DNA of 64,000 nucleotides from an uncultured Pseudomonadota bacterium (GCA_964534555.1 CAZHRK010000003.1:1-64000), one strand, 5' to 3'; positions 18,096-27,852 are shown, counted from the stretch's first letter. A program made the numbers and translations. The notes: a model not told the origin generated them from the letters alone.

Positions 18096-19976
18096 ATGTT
18101 CATAACACAGTTTAAGCAGGCAAAAAAGTCAGCTCGTTTATTGCTTGCATTAGTTACATGCTCTTTTATTTCATTAGCCGCAATAACAGCGCAAGATGCA
18201 GATGATCTTGAGCTTGTTAGCTGCCGCCACAAAGAGGGTAAGGCTCTTGCTGATGTGATTGCTCAACCAGCAACATCACTTGGCCGCGCTGCGCTAGCCT
18301 CTTTTATTATTTCACCAACAGACGATGCACATGTTATCAGCGTTCGTCAGGACTTTATACGTCGTATGATCAGCCAGCAAAAGGGTGTATCATCAAGCCT
18401 GAGAGATGTAGCGGCGTTAGATGTGGCGCTTTCTGCTTTTGTTTTAGCTGGCTCTGAGAGCAAGATTGAACAAGAAGCTGTTAAAGAGTTTTTCTTTACG
18501 AGTAATTTTGCACTAACGCATGATCTTGTTGGCAGCCTTAATACAAATAAGAGTGCTTTGACAATTAAGCACTTATTGAGTCAAGCAGCGCTCTTTAATC
18601 CGCTTATTGAGTATCTTTTGATTCACGTTGGGGTTGATAACCTTAAGGGGGTTTTGCAGAAGATGGGTATTAGAATAAAATCCCCATGTTCAAAGTGTGC
18701 CAAACACCGTAAGAAAGAAGAAGTCATAAGTGAATCAAAAAATACGCATGATCATGATCATGCGCATCATCATGATGACAATAAACACGAAAAGCCTCAC
18801 TCAGAGCATAAAAATCAATCTGGTCATAGCAATCATTCTGATCATAGTGGTCATAACCACAATAAGCTTATGATCGAGAGTGTCATAGATAATTCAGTAA
18901 AAGCTTTTCATATTGCGCACCTGATGTTGCTTCCTGCTACTTTCTACGAAATGTATAATCAGCTTGATCATAAAAATAAGCTTGTTCAGGCTGTTCATTT
19001 GCAAGTTATCCTGATTGCTCAAGCGCTGCGCAAGATTTCTAGTATTGCGCTTCCGCTTATGCAGGGATTAAGCAAGCAAGAGCTTGAAGTATTAGGACTT
19101 CAGCCTCTAAGCACGATTTTTGGCGATTCTGATGCGGCGCGTGAGTGTCAGCAGAACCTTATCGAAGCTGCTTTTAGTCAAAATGCTTCAACACTTATGA
19201 TGGGCACAACGCTTAAAGCGTATAAGACTATTGTTGATCATAAAGATCTTATTAAAGATGCGTTTACAAGCTTTGGTGCGCTTGATGCGTTTGCAAGTAT
19301 CGCTACAGAAGTTGAGTCTGGTAGATTAGTATTTGCAGATCAAGCAGAAGATGTTCTTGAGGCTGTTGGTTTCTACAATCCACTGGTTGAGAAAGATCAA
19401 GCTGTTCTTAATTCATTTTCATCTGTAGATGCGCCGCACCTAGCGCTTGTTACTGGTCCTAATGGCGCTGGTAAATCTACTATCATTAAAGCGCTTACCT
19501 ATAACGTGGTATTGGCCCAGTCTCTTGGTGTTGCTGCTGCAAAAAGCTTCAAAGCTCCTTTGTACAGCGATATTATTGCATACCTTACCGTGAGCGATGA
19601 TCTTACTCATAATATGTCACGATTTGTTGCTGCTTCTATGCGCGCAGATGATGTTCTTGAGCGTTTAGATGCTGCCCAAAAAGCAGGCAAGCGTGTATGG
19701 TGCTATATTGACGATGCTCTGTTTGAGGGAACCACGCCAGAAAAGCGCGCGCTTTTGAGTGTTGATTTTATTAAATCAATTACCGGCAATACTGTTGCCC
19801 AAACATTTGTCATTACGCATTTGGCTGAAGTTGCGCAGCTTGCTCAAGACAAGGCTCGTTATAATGCGCTTCATGTGCCAGTTATTAAAAGTGAGCAGGG
19901 CACTGTAGTCAGCTCGTATGAGCTTGCTCAAGGCATCAGCCCTGAAACTGATCCAACAATTCTTGTGATCAGATAA
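18096..19976 (+). CDS. signal-peptide protein with His-rich segment and C-terminal MutS domain-V-like ABC ATPase
   Basis: Start MFITQFKQAKKSARLLLALVTCSFISLAAITA (signal/anchor) and HDHDHAHHHDDNKHEKPHSEHKNQSGHSNHSDHSGHNHN tract. C-terminal LALVTGPNGAGKSTIIKAL, SRFVAASMRADDVL, YIDDALFEGT and FVITHL align colinearly with MutS ITGPNMGGKST / STFMVEM / DEIGRGT / FATHY. Confidence 0.6.
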   Translation: MFITQFKQAKKSARLLLALVTCSFISLAAITAQDADDLELVSCRHKEGKALADVIAQPATSLGRAALASFIISPTDDAHVISVRQDFIRRMISQQKGVSSSLRDVAALDVALSAFVLAGSESKIEQEAVKEFFFTSNFALTHDLVGSLNTNKSALTIKHLLSQAALFNPLIEYLLIHVGVDNLKGVLQKMGIRIKSPCSKCAKHRKKEEVISESKNTHDHDHAHHHDDNKHEKPHSEHKNQSGHSNHSDHSGHNHNKLMIESVIDNSVKAFHIAHLMLLPATFYEMYNQLDHKNKLVQAVHLQVILIAQALRKISSIALPLMQGLSKQELEVLGLQPLSTIFGDSDAARECQQNLIEAAFSQNASTLMMGTTLKAYKTIVDHKDLIKDAFTSFGALDAFASIATEVESGRLVFADQAEDVLEAVGFYNPLVEKDQAVLNSFSSVDAPHLALVTGPNGAGKSTIIKALTYNVVLAQSLGVAAAKSFKAPLYSDIIAYLTVSDDLTHNMSRFVAASMRADDVLERLDAAQKAGKRVWCYIDDALFEGTTPEKRALLSVDFIKSITGNTVAQTFVITHLAEVAQLAQDKARYNALHVPVIKSEQGTVVSSYELAQGISPETDPTILVIR

Positions 19977-20014
19977 TTTATTTTTCCTATAACAACCCAC
20001 GACAGTGTTATGCA

Positions 20015-20041
20015 AGAGGCCCGGAGTATCTCCGGGCCTCT
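20015..20041. terminator. bidirectional terminator
   Basis: agaggcccggag-tat-ctccgggcctct between ORFs ending 19976 (+) and 20056 (-). Confidence 0.6.
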
Positions 20042-20055
20042 TGTAATTTTGAGGG

Positions 20056-20925
20056 TTATTGTTTTTTCATGCCTAAAATCAGTGATGCAATAACGCAGAG
20101 TCCGCCTAGAGCTTTCCAGATTGATAGCGAATCTCCGAGCGTAAAATACGCTATGAAAAAAGCAAAAATAGGGAGCGTGCTAAAGACTAATAAGCTTGCG
20201 ATTGACGCTCCTAGCTCGCGTACTGATTTTGAGTAGAGCCATAGGCCTAGTGCTGTTCCTGGTATCCCGATATACCCCATCATAAGCCAGTCAAAACTGC
20301 TCATCGTTGTCATGCTTTGTAAAAAAGCAGAGGTAAGGCAAAACGGTAATAAAAAGAGCACGCCGCTGATTCCTGTTGCAGCGGATAAAAAAAGAGGCGA
20401 GTACTGACGACTCATTTTCTTTAAAAGCAAGGTATAAATCACTTGGCATAATACCGCACCCAGCATTAAAAACTCACCAGTGCTTGCCGTTAAAATTTCT
20501 CGTCCTACTTTGCCCTGTGTAATAATCATGCCAACCCCAACAAATGAGCAGACAAAAGCGATCAGCTGCATATTGCTTGGCTTTTTGCCAGAGATCAGGG
20601 CGCTTGTCAGCAGCGTGATAAGTGGGTGCATTGCTAGTATGAGGGCAACGGTTGTGGCGGTTGTGTAGTGAAATGCAGTAAAATAAAACATATTAAATAT
20701 TACGACTGCGCTCATGCCAAGCATGAAAAGCATGGGGAGGGATCTTAGTTTGAGATTGAGTATCTCTTTCTTAGAAATAAACGGAAGTAAGCAAACTGTC
20801 GATATAAGATAGCGTAAAAATGAGTATTGCAGGACAGATACGCCACCCGCAGCAGCTTTACTTGCAACGGTTGAACCCGCCCATAAGAGTGCGCACGTAA
20901 GTGCATTTAAAATGTGTAGAGACAT
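20056..20925 (-). CDS. DMT superfamily (EamA-like) transporter
   Basis: 289 aa, 10 TM, duplicated EamA halves. Confidence 0.75.
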   Translation of the reverse strand: MSLHILNALTCALLWAGSTVASKAAAGGVSVLQYSFLRYLISTVCLLPFISKKEILNLKLRSLPMLFMLGMSAVVIFNMFYFTAFHYTTATTVALILAMHPLITLLTSALISGKKPSNMQLIAFVCSFVGVGMIITQGKVGREILTASTGEFLMLGAVLCQVIYTLLLKKMSRQYSPLFLSAATGISGVLFLLPFCLTSAFLQSMTTMSSFDWLMMGYIGIPGTALGLWLYSKSVRELGASIASLLVFSTLPIFAFFIAYFTLGDSLSIWKALGGLCVIASLILGMKKQ

Positions 20926-21132
20926 ATACGTTCCTTACGGTAAATCAATAATTTCACATCTGTGAAAAGAAAAATTCTAGCGCTAAAATGCAGAGTAATA
21001 AAGCTCATAATGATTCATTTTTTAAATTTATATCGGCTGGATCGTGCCTTTCTGAGCCTATTGACGCGCTTTGTTTTTCTGATATATTATTCAGCAAGTT
21101 ATATCCATAAGCCCGTATTCGAAAGGGAGCTT

Positions 21133-21690
21133 ATGTTCGACGTATTGATCAATCTTTTTAATCAAAATATTTATACTCAGTCATTAGCTGTCGGTGTGAT
21201 GCTTGTAGCGCTGCGGGTTGTGTCTTTTTTTATCGGTGGGTTGTTTCATACTCATGATGATTTTTCTCACCATGATTTTGGGCACGATGATTATACCCTT
21301 TCACTGCAGACCCTTGCTGCTTTTACACTTGGGTTTGCTCTTGGTGGACTTATTGCGCAGCACTTTTTACTTGATGGGTTCAATCAGTCGCTGATTGCCT
21401 TGGTAAGTGGGTTTGTGTTAATGCGGATCCAGTTTTCTGTTGTTCGTGGTCTTGGCAGGCTTGCGAGTAATGGTTCTGAGTTTAAACTGAGCAGAGTGGT
21501 AGGCCTTGGTGGAGAGGTATATCTTTCGATTCCACCATCTGGTCTAGGTAAGATTCTTGTCACAGTTGATCATGTTGTCCGCGAAATCGATGCAGCATCT
21601 GCTGACGGTAGTCCTTTGCAAACGATGACAAAAGTTACTGTTGTTGATGTTTCGTCCTCTGGCCATGTTCTTGTAAAAGCTTTGCAATAA
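21133..21690 (+). CDS. NfeD-like membrane protein (OB-fold C-terminus), partner of flotillin
   Basis: Start MFDVLINLF (RBS aagggag). Two TM segments, a His/Asp-rich loop HTHDDFSHHDFGHDDY and a C-terminal beta-rich GKILVTVDHVVREID..VTVVDVSSSGHVLVKAL typical of short NfeD. Lies immediately upstream of the flotillin gene. Confidence 0.55.
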   Translation: MFDVLINLFNQNIYTQSLAVGVMLVALRVVSFFIGGLFHTHDDFSHHDFGHDDYTLSLQTLAAFTLGFALGGLIAQHFLLDGFNQSLIALVSGFVLMRIQFSVVRGLGRLASNGSEFKLSRVVGLGGEVYLSIPPSGLGKILVTVDHVVREIDAASADGSPLQTMTKVTVVDVSSSGHVLVKALQ

Positions 21691-21737
21691 GTAAAAAATC
21701 GCACAATTCAATTAACATTTTCATAAAGGAGATGACA

Positions 21738-23090
21738 ATGGAAATGATCATCTTGGGGATTCTGACGGTCGGTATCCTTATGTTTTTTACAACCATGTTT
21801 TGGTTGTCCCACTTCCACCGCTGCCCATCAAACAGAATTTTAGCTGTTTATGGTCGACTTCAAGGTAATAGCTCTGTGAAGTGTTACCATGGTGGTGGTG
21901 TTTTCGTGTGGCCTATTATTCAGGATTATGCATATATCGATTTAACACCGATGACACTGCATATTCCTCTTAAATCAGCCTTATCTATGCAAAATATTCG
22001 TATCAACGTACCAAGTACTTTTACTGTTGCTGTTGATACAACGCCAGAGGCGATGACTAACGCTGCAATTCGTCTGCTTGGTTTATCACGCAAAGATATT
22101 GAGCTTATGGCGAGCGAGATTATTATTGGTCAGCTTCGTTTAACGGTTGCGTCTTTAACAATTGAAGAAATCAATCAAGATCGTGAACGATTTTTACTTG
22201 CGATTCGCCAGCACATTGAGCCAGAGCTACGTAAGATTGGCTTAGCGCTCCTGAACGTTAATATCACAGATATTACCGATGAGTCTGAATATATTGAGAG
22301 CATTGGCCGTAAGTCTGTTGCTACTGCACTTAATCAGGCAAAAATCGATGTTTCAGAGCAAGAGAAGCGTGGTGATATTGGTAAAGCACAAGCTGAACGA
22401 GATCGAAAAGTCCATGTTGCAACCTTTACCGCTGACGCAGTAGAGGGTGAGAATGAATCTCGCGCTAAGATTGCCCAATTTAATGCGCAGCTTGCTATGC
22501 AAGAGGCTGCATCTGCAATGCAGTCTGAGATCGCGCATCAAAACGCTCAGGCTCAGATTAATACAGCAAAAAGCCTTGCAGAAGCAAAGCGCCTTGAGGC
22601 TGAACAACTCGTACCAAAAGAGATTGAGAAGCGCCGCATTGAGATAGAGGCTGAGGCAACAGCGTCTCGAGCTCGCCTTGAAGCTGAGGGGCAAGCAGCT
22701 GCGCACTTGGCTATCAAAGAGGCTGAGGCTCAAGGTGTGCTACGAGTGCTTAAAGCGAAAGCTGATGGGTACAAAGAGCTTATTAAAGCCTGTGATAACA
22801 ATCCGCAACAAGCAGCGACGATGCTCCTTGTTGAAAAGCTTGATGAGATGGTTAGGTTGCAAGCTGAAGCTATCAAGAACATCAAGATTGATAAAATCAC
22901 CGTATGGGAAAACGGTGGTGGTGAAAAGGGTAGCTCAACGGCAAATTTCATGAGCGGGCTGGTTAAATCGCTCCCACCCCTCCATGATATTGCTGCTCTT
23001 TCAGGCATCGACTTACCTGAGTATCTTGGCAGTGTTTCTGCTGATAAGCAGCGTACAGATACAAAACCAGCGACCAAAAGCACGCTTTGA
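21738..23090 (+). CDS. flotillin-like SPFH/band-7 protein
   Basis: N-terminal TM, SPFH domain, long EA-rich coiled coil (AEQLVPKEIEKRRIEIEAEATASRARLEAEGQAAAHLAIKEAEAQ); start either 21732 or 21738 (RBS aaggag). Confidence 0.8.
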   Translation: MEMIILGILTVGILMFFTTMFWLSHFHRCPSNRILAVYGRLQGNSSVKCYHGGGVFVWPIIQDYAYIDLTPMTLHIPLKSALSMQNIRINVPSTFTVAVDTTPEAMTNAAIRLLGLSRKDIELMASEIIIGQLRLTVASLTIEEINQDRERFLLAIRQHIEPELRKIGLALLNVNITDITDESEYIESIGRKSVATALNQAKIDVSEQEKRGDIGKAQAERDRKVHVATFTADAVEGENESRAKIAQFNAQLAMQEAASAMQSEIAHQNAQAQINTAKSLAEAKRLEAEQLVPKEIEKRRIEIEAEATASRARLEAEGQAAAHLAIKEAEAQGVLRVLKAKADGYKELIKACDNNPQQAATMLLVEKLDEMVRLQAEAIKNIKIDKITVWENGGGEKGSSTANFMSGLVKSLPPLHDIAALSGIDLPEYLGSVSADKQRTDTKPATKSTL

Positions 23091-23216
23091 TTTGTTTCTA
23101 ACTGAATTATTAGCTTTACGCTAAGACTAAAAACCCCAGTTTTAATCTTACCTGATATCTATACAATGATTTAGGTGATTAGATTGGGGTTTTTTAGGTT
23201 TAAAGGGGCAAGTCAT

Positions 23217-24824
23217 ATGGTTTTTAATAAGCTTCTTATTTTTATGCTCATGGTTTGTCATCAGCTTTTACAGGCTGGTGTAGAGCTGCAAGTTTCTGAT
23301 AAAACAGTAAGTCATGAAGAAGCTGCTTATACTTTGCGCCGTAAAAAACGTATTGATGAATCATTTGCCAAACAGTTTGGTCTTGAGTCCTCATGGCGCC
23401 ATTACTTAGTTGGTACAAAAGCGCCTCGTGTTGCCCTCTGCTTTAGTGGTGGTGGGTGCCGCGCTATGTTGCAATCATTAGGTGCGCTTAAAGCAGCGCA
23501 GAATAATGGCTTACTAGACCTGACCACTTACATGTCGTCACTTTCTGGCTCAACATGGGCATTAATGCCATGGCTTGCATCAGACAAAACGCTTGATGAG
23601 TATATTTCATACATCCAAAAACGCCTGAGCATTTCTGTTGCATCACACTTGTATACTATTTTGACAACGAATAGTGATAAAATTAAATCCTTAAAAGGCC
23701 GCACAGATGCTGGGCTTGAGCTGAATGATATTTACGCAAGCTTATTGCTGAGCATTACGCTTAGGCATAGTGTCCATAATCCGTTTGATGTAACGCTTGC
23801 AGACATTGCTAAAAAGCGTTTTGCGCCAGAGTGTAGCGCTGATGTTCCGTATCCTTTTGCAACTGCAGTCTCAGGTGGGTCCAAGCTACACCATCATTGG
23901 TTTGAGTTTTCACCGTTTTCATTTGGACACTCAACAATCGGCCATATTCCATCAAATTGCTTGGGTAATACCTTCGTTAACGGTATTGGGGTAAAACAAC
24001 ACGCACAGCCAAAATTAGCCTATCTTATGGGGATGTGGGGAAGCGCTTATGCCGTTGATGGTTTGCGCCTTCTTGTTGAGCTTGGTTTTGGTTATAACCC
24101 GTCAAAAAATTTAGTTATAAACACCATAAAAAATATTATGCCATCAATACTGACCGGCGATGTGCTGGCTGATTATCTTGATGACGCACGTTTTAATCTT
24201 TTGCTTGATAAAAACCATTTTGCACCAGCGGTTAGAAACCCATTTTTTGCTAAAAAGAAGCCTGGCTTTATAAACCATTATTTTGGTAGCCAGACTATTG
24301 AGCTTGCTCATGTTGATGAGCTTCCGCTTGTTGATGGTGCTCATGACATGCTTTGGGCTGCATCAATAGATGGCACACAAAATCGTGGCTTTGCTATGAA
24401 CTTAGGTATTGTTCCGCTTTTGCACCCGAGCAGGGAAGTTGATGTCATCATAGCAATCGATAGCTCAGGAGACCTTGATGGTGCGCCATCATTAGTCGCT
24501 GCTCAGCTCAGAGCGCAGGAGCTTGGATTACCTTTCCCTAAAGAAAAAGTACTAGAGCAGTCAGCGGGGACAAAAATTCGTGTTTTAGAGGGTGACGCAA
24601 ACACTCCAACCATTATTTATGTTCCGTGCTTGCCTGTGGTAGAAGAGTTATCTCGAGTAAATTCTGCGCAGCCTGATTCTGATTACGCAGCAACAACGAA
24701 TTTTAGTTATTCACATGAGCACTCAGCGTATGTCATAAAACGAGGACAAGTTGCTCTTGAGGTTGCAATGCCAGTCATTAAGCACGTGATCTTTGATCGC
24801 TATAAGAAGTCAACGTACTTCTAG
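23217..24824 (+). CDS. secreted cytosolic-PLA2-type (PLA2_B / lysophospholipase catalytic domain) lipase
   Basis: Signal peptide. LCFSGGGCRAMLQSLGALKAAQNNGLLDLTTYMSSLSGSTW matches the cPLA2 GGGxR(A)M...G(I/L)LD..TY..GLSGSTW block, with oxyanion Arg and nucleophile Ser in GxSGS. Confidence 0.7.
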   Translation: MVFNKLLIFMLMVCHQLLQAGVELQVSDKTVSHEEAAYTLRRKKRIDESFAKQFGLESSWRHYLVGTKAPRVALCFSGGGCRAMLQSLGALKAAQNNGLLDLTTYMSSLSGSTWALMPWLASDKTLDEYISYIQKRLSISVASHLYTILTTNSDKIKSLKGRTDAGLELNDIYASLLLSITLRHSVHNPFDVTLADIAKKRFAPECSADVPYPFATAVSGGSKLHHHWFEFSPFSFGHSTIGHIPSNCLGNTFVNGIGVKQHAQPKLAYLMGMWGSAYAVDGLRLLVELGFGYNPSKNLVINTIKNIMPSILTGDVLADYLDDARFNLLLDKNHFAPAVRNPFFAKKKPGFINHYFGSQTIELAHVDELPLVDGAHDMLWAASIDGTQNRGFAMNLGIVPLLHPSREVDVIIAIDSSGDLDGAPSLVAAQLRAQELGLPFPKEKVLEQSAGTKIRVLEGDANTPTIIYVPCLPVVEELSRVNSAQPDSDYAATTNFSYSHEHSAYVIKRGQVALEVAMPVIKHVIFDRYKKSTYF

Positions 24825-24846
24825 CGTTACTTTAAGTTTTAGTAAA

Positions 24847-24871
24847 AAGGGCCCGTAAAATCGGGCCCTTT
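24847..24871. terminator. bidirectional terminator
   Basis: aagggcccg-taaaat-cgggcccttttttt between 24824 (+ end) and 24874 (- end). Confidence 0.6.
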
Positions 24872-24873
24872 TT

Positions 24874-25845
24874 TTATTGTTCTTTTGTCATAGCCAAATC
24901 AATTTCTGGTCCTGAGATTCCCAGGTGCCTGAGGCCTTGGGCATCACCTGTTGTGTGCATTAAAACACCTGTTCTAAAAATGTATTCGGCTGCAATAATT
25001 ATGTGGCGTATTGTTGAGCAGATTAAATGAAATGCTGCGAGCCAAAAAAGATTGATATGCAGGAATAATTGATTGTTCAGCGGCGTATCAACAAAGTCAC
25101 AGATTAAAAAAATGAGTCCCACAATGAAAAATAATGTAGGAATTGATTGCAGAGCGCTAAACACTGCTGTTCCTCCCAGAGAGTGCCCAAAGGTTGAGCT
25201 CATGAGTTTTACTGAGCTGCGAATGCTTCCTAGCGCGCTTTCTCGTTTGATAGCCATGAGTGGGATGCTAAGGTATGTTGAGAGCCCCCACCCAAATTCA
25301 AAAACACGAGCAGAATACTCTCTGACCATCATGATTGGTGAGTAGTCCTGCCCATTTTGTTTTCCTCTGATTATGCCAACAAGCATTCCTACTACGCTGT
25401 TAATAATCATGATCATAAAAAGACCAGGTGCGCGCTTTATGCCTTCAAAAAGGTGAAACGCAAAAGATTCATAATTCACTGATGAGACGCCACCTGCGTA
25501 GAGGCAAATTGCAAATTTAAAGATCATATCTATGATTCTGAGCATCACGATAGTTGCTAGTATGATCAGTACAATCTTAATAACGCTTATTATATCAACA
25601 ATACTAACTACATGGATGCTTTCGCTGTTTCCTTCTTGGAAGGGACCAATAATAAGCACTCCATTATGTATGGTTGGTCTAAAAATAAGTCTGGATGATA
25701 GTTTAACAATAATCATTGTTGCAAGCATGAATTTGATCATTGTTATAGCGACAGTCCAAACAAGAAGCGACGTATTACTTACAAGTTTTGTCCACGATGC
25801 TACAAAGATACCTATTCCACGCCTAAGTGACGATAAAAAATTCAT
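24874..25845 (-). CDS. polytopic inner-membrane protein, hypothetical
   Basis: 323 aa, about 8 TM segments, no recognisable catalytic motif. Confidence 0.5.
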   Translation of the reverse strand: MNFLSSLRRGIGIFVASWTKLVSNTSLLVWTVAITMIKFMLATMIIVKLSSRLIFRPTIHNGVLIIGPFQEGNSESIHVVSIVDIISVIKIVLIILATIVMLRIIDMIFKFAICLYAGGVSSVNYESFAFHLFEGIKRAPGLFMIMIINSVVGMLVGIIRGKQNGQDYSPIMMVREYSARVFEFGWGLSTYLSIPLMAIKRESALGSIRSSVKLMSSTFGHSLGGTAVFSALQSIPTLFFIVGLIFLICDFVDTPLNNQLFLHINLFWLAAFHLICSTIRHIIIAAEYIFRTGVLMHTTGDAQGLRHLGISGPEIDLAMTKEQ

Positions 25846-26008
25846 ATAACCCCTTTCTGATCATTTCATCCTAAGGACTGCCCATAACTTGTCGCAAGAG
25901 ATTGACATGACTTGTAGATAAAATATTTCGATTTGGTTGATTAAATTACTAAATGAGTGTAATTCATGGTGGACAATACAATACTGGAGTTCTAGGGTGA
26001 GGTTTTAC

Positions 26009-27817
26009 ATGAGACACAGAAATACTCTAAGGTTGGTAATAGCGTCTTTTTTCCTGCTATCAAGTAATGCGTACGGTGCTCTGGCATTTGAAGCTGTCAA
26101 AGGTGCTGTCTCTGCACTTGGTGGCGTAGTTGCTAGTGGTGCTGCTCGTCTTGCAGCAGGTGGTAGGACCTCATCAGGTCTTCCGCGTTTTGTAGCAGCG
26201 GAAGCTGATGCGCTTATTGAAAGCTGTCAATTTGACCGCTTGAGTAGCTACGTGCTTCAATTTGTTGATGCTGGCTCTCCAGCATACAGCGAAGATGCTG
26301 TAGCATGGCTTAGAGCTGTTAGAGTAGTGCCATGTTTGCCGATTAAGTATCTTTATACTCGAATGATATTTGGGCAAAACTCTCCTAAAAAAGAAGATGT
26401 TTTAGATGCGCTTGTTGATGTGCAGGCATCTTTATTATTATTTGTTGTTGATGCGTATATTTGCCAAAACGCAGGGCTATTTCCAGAGGTTAGCCCTTTT
26501 GCTGATGCGTATACAAAAGCAAGAACATCACTCTTGGCTCCTTGGGCTGGGTTAGTTGAATTTTTGCAAAACAAATTCTTTACACGTTTTATTGATTCAA
26601 AATACCCGCAGCTGGCTTCTTTGCTAGCGGAAAAAGAAAATGTAGATAACGAGTTTTCGTTTACGCAAACATACGCACGGCTTTGTGAGTATATCGCACG
26701 TCTTTCTGATGAAGATTTGTATATTCCCCCACAAGTGATGTGCAAAGTATATTTGCCTTCAGTAGCAGGGTGGTCTCATACAGGTAAGATGGCTGCAGAT
26801 GCATTATCAGCTATCAGAGTTGCAGATGTTGGGCTTCATTTTGGTAATAGTGAGCCTGATATACTTGCTCGTCTAAGATCAGGGATAACAGATCAAGCGC
26901 GTTTCAGGGGTTTTCGTGCATTGTTTACAAAAGCCACACTACGAATGTTTAGAGCTATTGGATCATGGGGTGATTTACTAACAACAAGGATTCCTGATCG
27001 CATGGCTGTTGCGCTTGACCGAGCTGAGTACAAAGAAACGCTGTTTCCGCTGCCAGACCGTGCTGCTGTGGTGGATGGTGGCGCCGCTGTTAGTGGTACA
27101 TTGTCATCACGCTTGAGTGCTGCTGGCAGTGAACGTCGTGGCCGTGCGCCATCAAGTGGTCTCACTGCTGCCGAGCCTCCTGCAGCCACAGGCTCTGTTG
27201 GTAGAGCTCCAGTCCCACATAACCCATTAAAAAAGACAATCGGCGGAGCTGGTTTACAAAGTGCTTATTCTGGGGCATTTGCAGGGCTGCCACCAGATGG
27301 ATATACATCTGGTGAAACGTCTGATGATGATGGCAGTGGGTCTGACAGCGATACTGCTGAAGGATCTCCTGTTGCTGCAGCTGCTCGCTCAACAAGATCT
27401 GTGCCAGCCTTAGCTGCCCCTTTAGCTCGTGGTGCTGCCCGGGGTGGTGGTCGCTTGGTCGACGCTAGTGGTAGCGCTGCTGTTGGTGATTTAGAGGCTT
27501 CGCTTGAAGCGCTTACGTTACATTCTGCGTCAGTGCCTACAGCTGAAGCTAATCCTATGGCTTCTAGCATGATGGTTGCGGCAGGAGATCTTGCTGGGTT
27601 GCGTGATGCTCGTGCAGATGTTCATGCGCTTACACCTACATCTGAGGGTGATGAGGCTGCCGATGGTGCAGGTGGTGAGGGTGCTGATGACAGTGGGACA
27701 TTGAGTGCTGCTGCGTCAAGCGTGGTTGATAAACCAGGAGATGGTCATGCTGGAGATGGCCATAGAAGTGGCGGTGGTGGCTCTGGCAAAAAGGGTAAAA
27801 AAAACAAGAAAAAGTAA
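26009..27817 (+). CDS. hypothetical secreted protein with long Gly/Ala/Ser/Asp-rich disordered C-terminal half and polybasic tail
   Basis: Start MRHRNTLRLVIASFFLLSSNAYGA (RBS agggtgagg); C-terminus ...GGGGSGKKGKKNKKK. Confidence 0.5.
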   Translation: MRHRNTLRLVIASFFLLSSNAYGALAFEAVKGAVSALGGVVASGAARLAAGGRTSSGLPRFVAAEADALIESCQFDRLSSYVLQFVDAGSPAYSEDAVAWLRAVRVVPCLPIKYLYTRMIFGQNSPKKEDVLDALVDVQASLLLFVVDAYICQNAGLFPEVSPFADAYTKARTSLLAPWAGLVEFLQNKFFTRFIDSKYPQLASLLAEKENVDNEFSFTQTYARLCEYIARLSDEDLYIPPQVMCKVYLPSVAGWSHTGKMAADALSAIRVADVGLHFGNSEPDILARLRSGITDQARFRGFRALFTKATLRMFRAIGSWGDLLTTRIPDRMAVALDRAEYKETLFPLPDRAAVVDGGAAVSGTLSSRLSAAGSERRGRAPSSGLTAAEPPAATGSVGRAPVPHNPLKKTIGGAGLQSAYSGAFAGLPPDGYTSGETSDDDGSGSDSDTAEGSPVAAAARSTRSVPALAAPLARGAARGGGRLVDASGSAAVGDLEASLEALTLHSASVPTAEANPMASSMMVAAGDLAGLRDARADVHALTPTSEGDEAADGAGGEGADDSGTLSAAASSVVDKPGDGHAGDGHRSGGGGSGKKGKKNKKK

Positions 27818-27827
27818 CAGTGTAAAA

Positions 27828-27850
27828 TAAGGGCGATTAACTCGCCCTTA
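27828..27850. terminator. bidirectional terminator
   Basis: taagggcg-attaact-cgccctta with flanking A/T runs between 27817 (+) and 27853 (-). Confidence 0.5.
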
Positions 27851-27852
27851 TT

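Noticed and set aside
18720-18880. cat/gat/cac trinucleotide-rich stretch (possible microsatellite)
   Set aside because: It is the in-frame His/Asp-rich coding tract of the 18096 protein, not a non-coding repeat or CRISPR-like array
20962-21132. Upstream 57-codon extension of the NfeD ORF given by the track
   Set aside because: Strong AAGGGAG RBS directly precedes the internal ATG at 21133 and the extension lacks TM or NfeD features
22353-23083. ORFs 22353..22733(-), 22447..22647(+), 22678..22953(+), 22730..23083(-) within the flotillin gene
   Set aside because: Generated by the repetitive EA/KQ-rich coiled-coil coding region; flotillin frame is clearly the real one
26174-27570. Minus-strand ORFs (26174..26377, 26353..26745, 26893..27189, 27162..27395, 27265..27570) opposite the G/A/S-rich protein
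   Set aside because: Low-complexity GC-rich coding region produces long antisense ORFs; no start context
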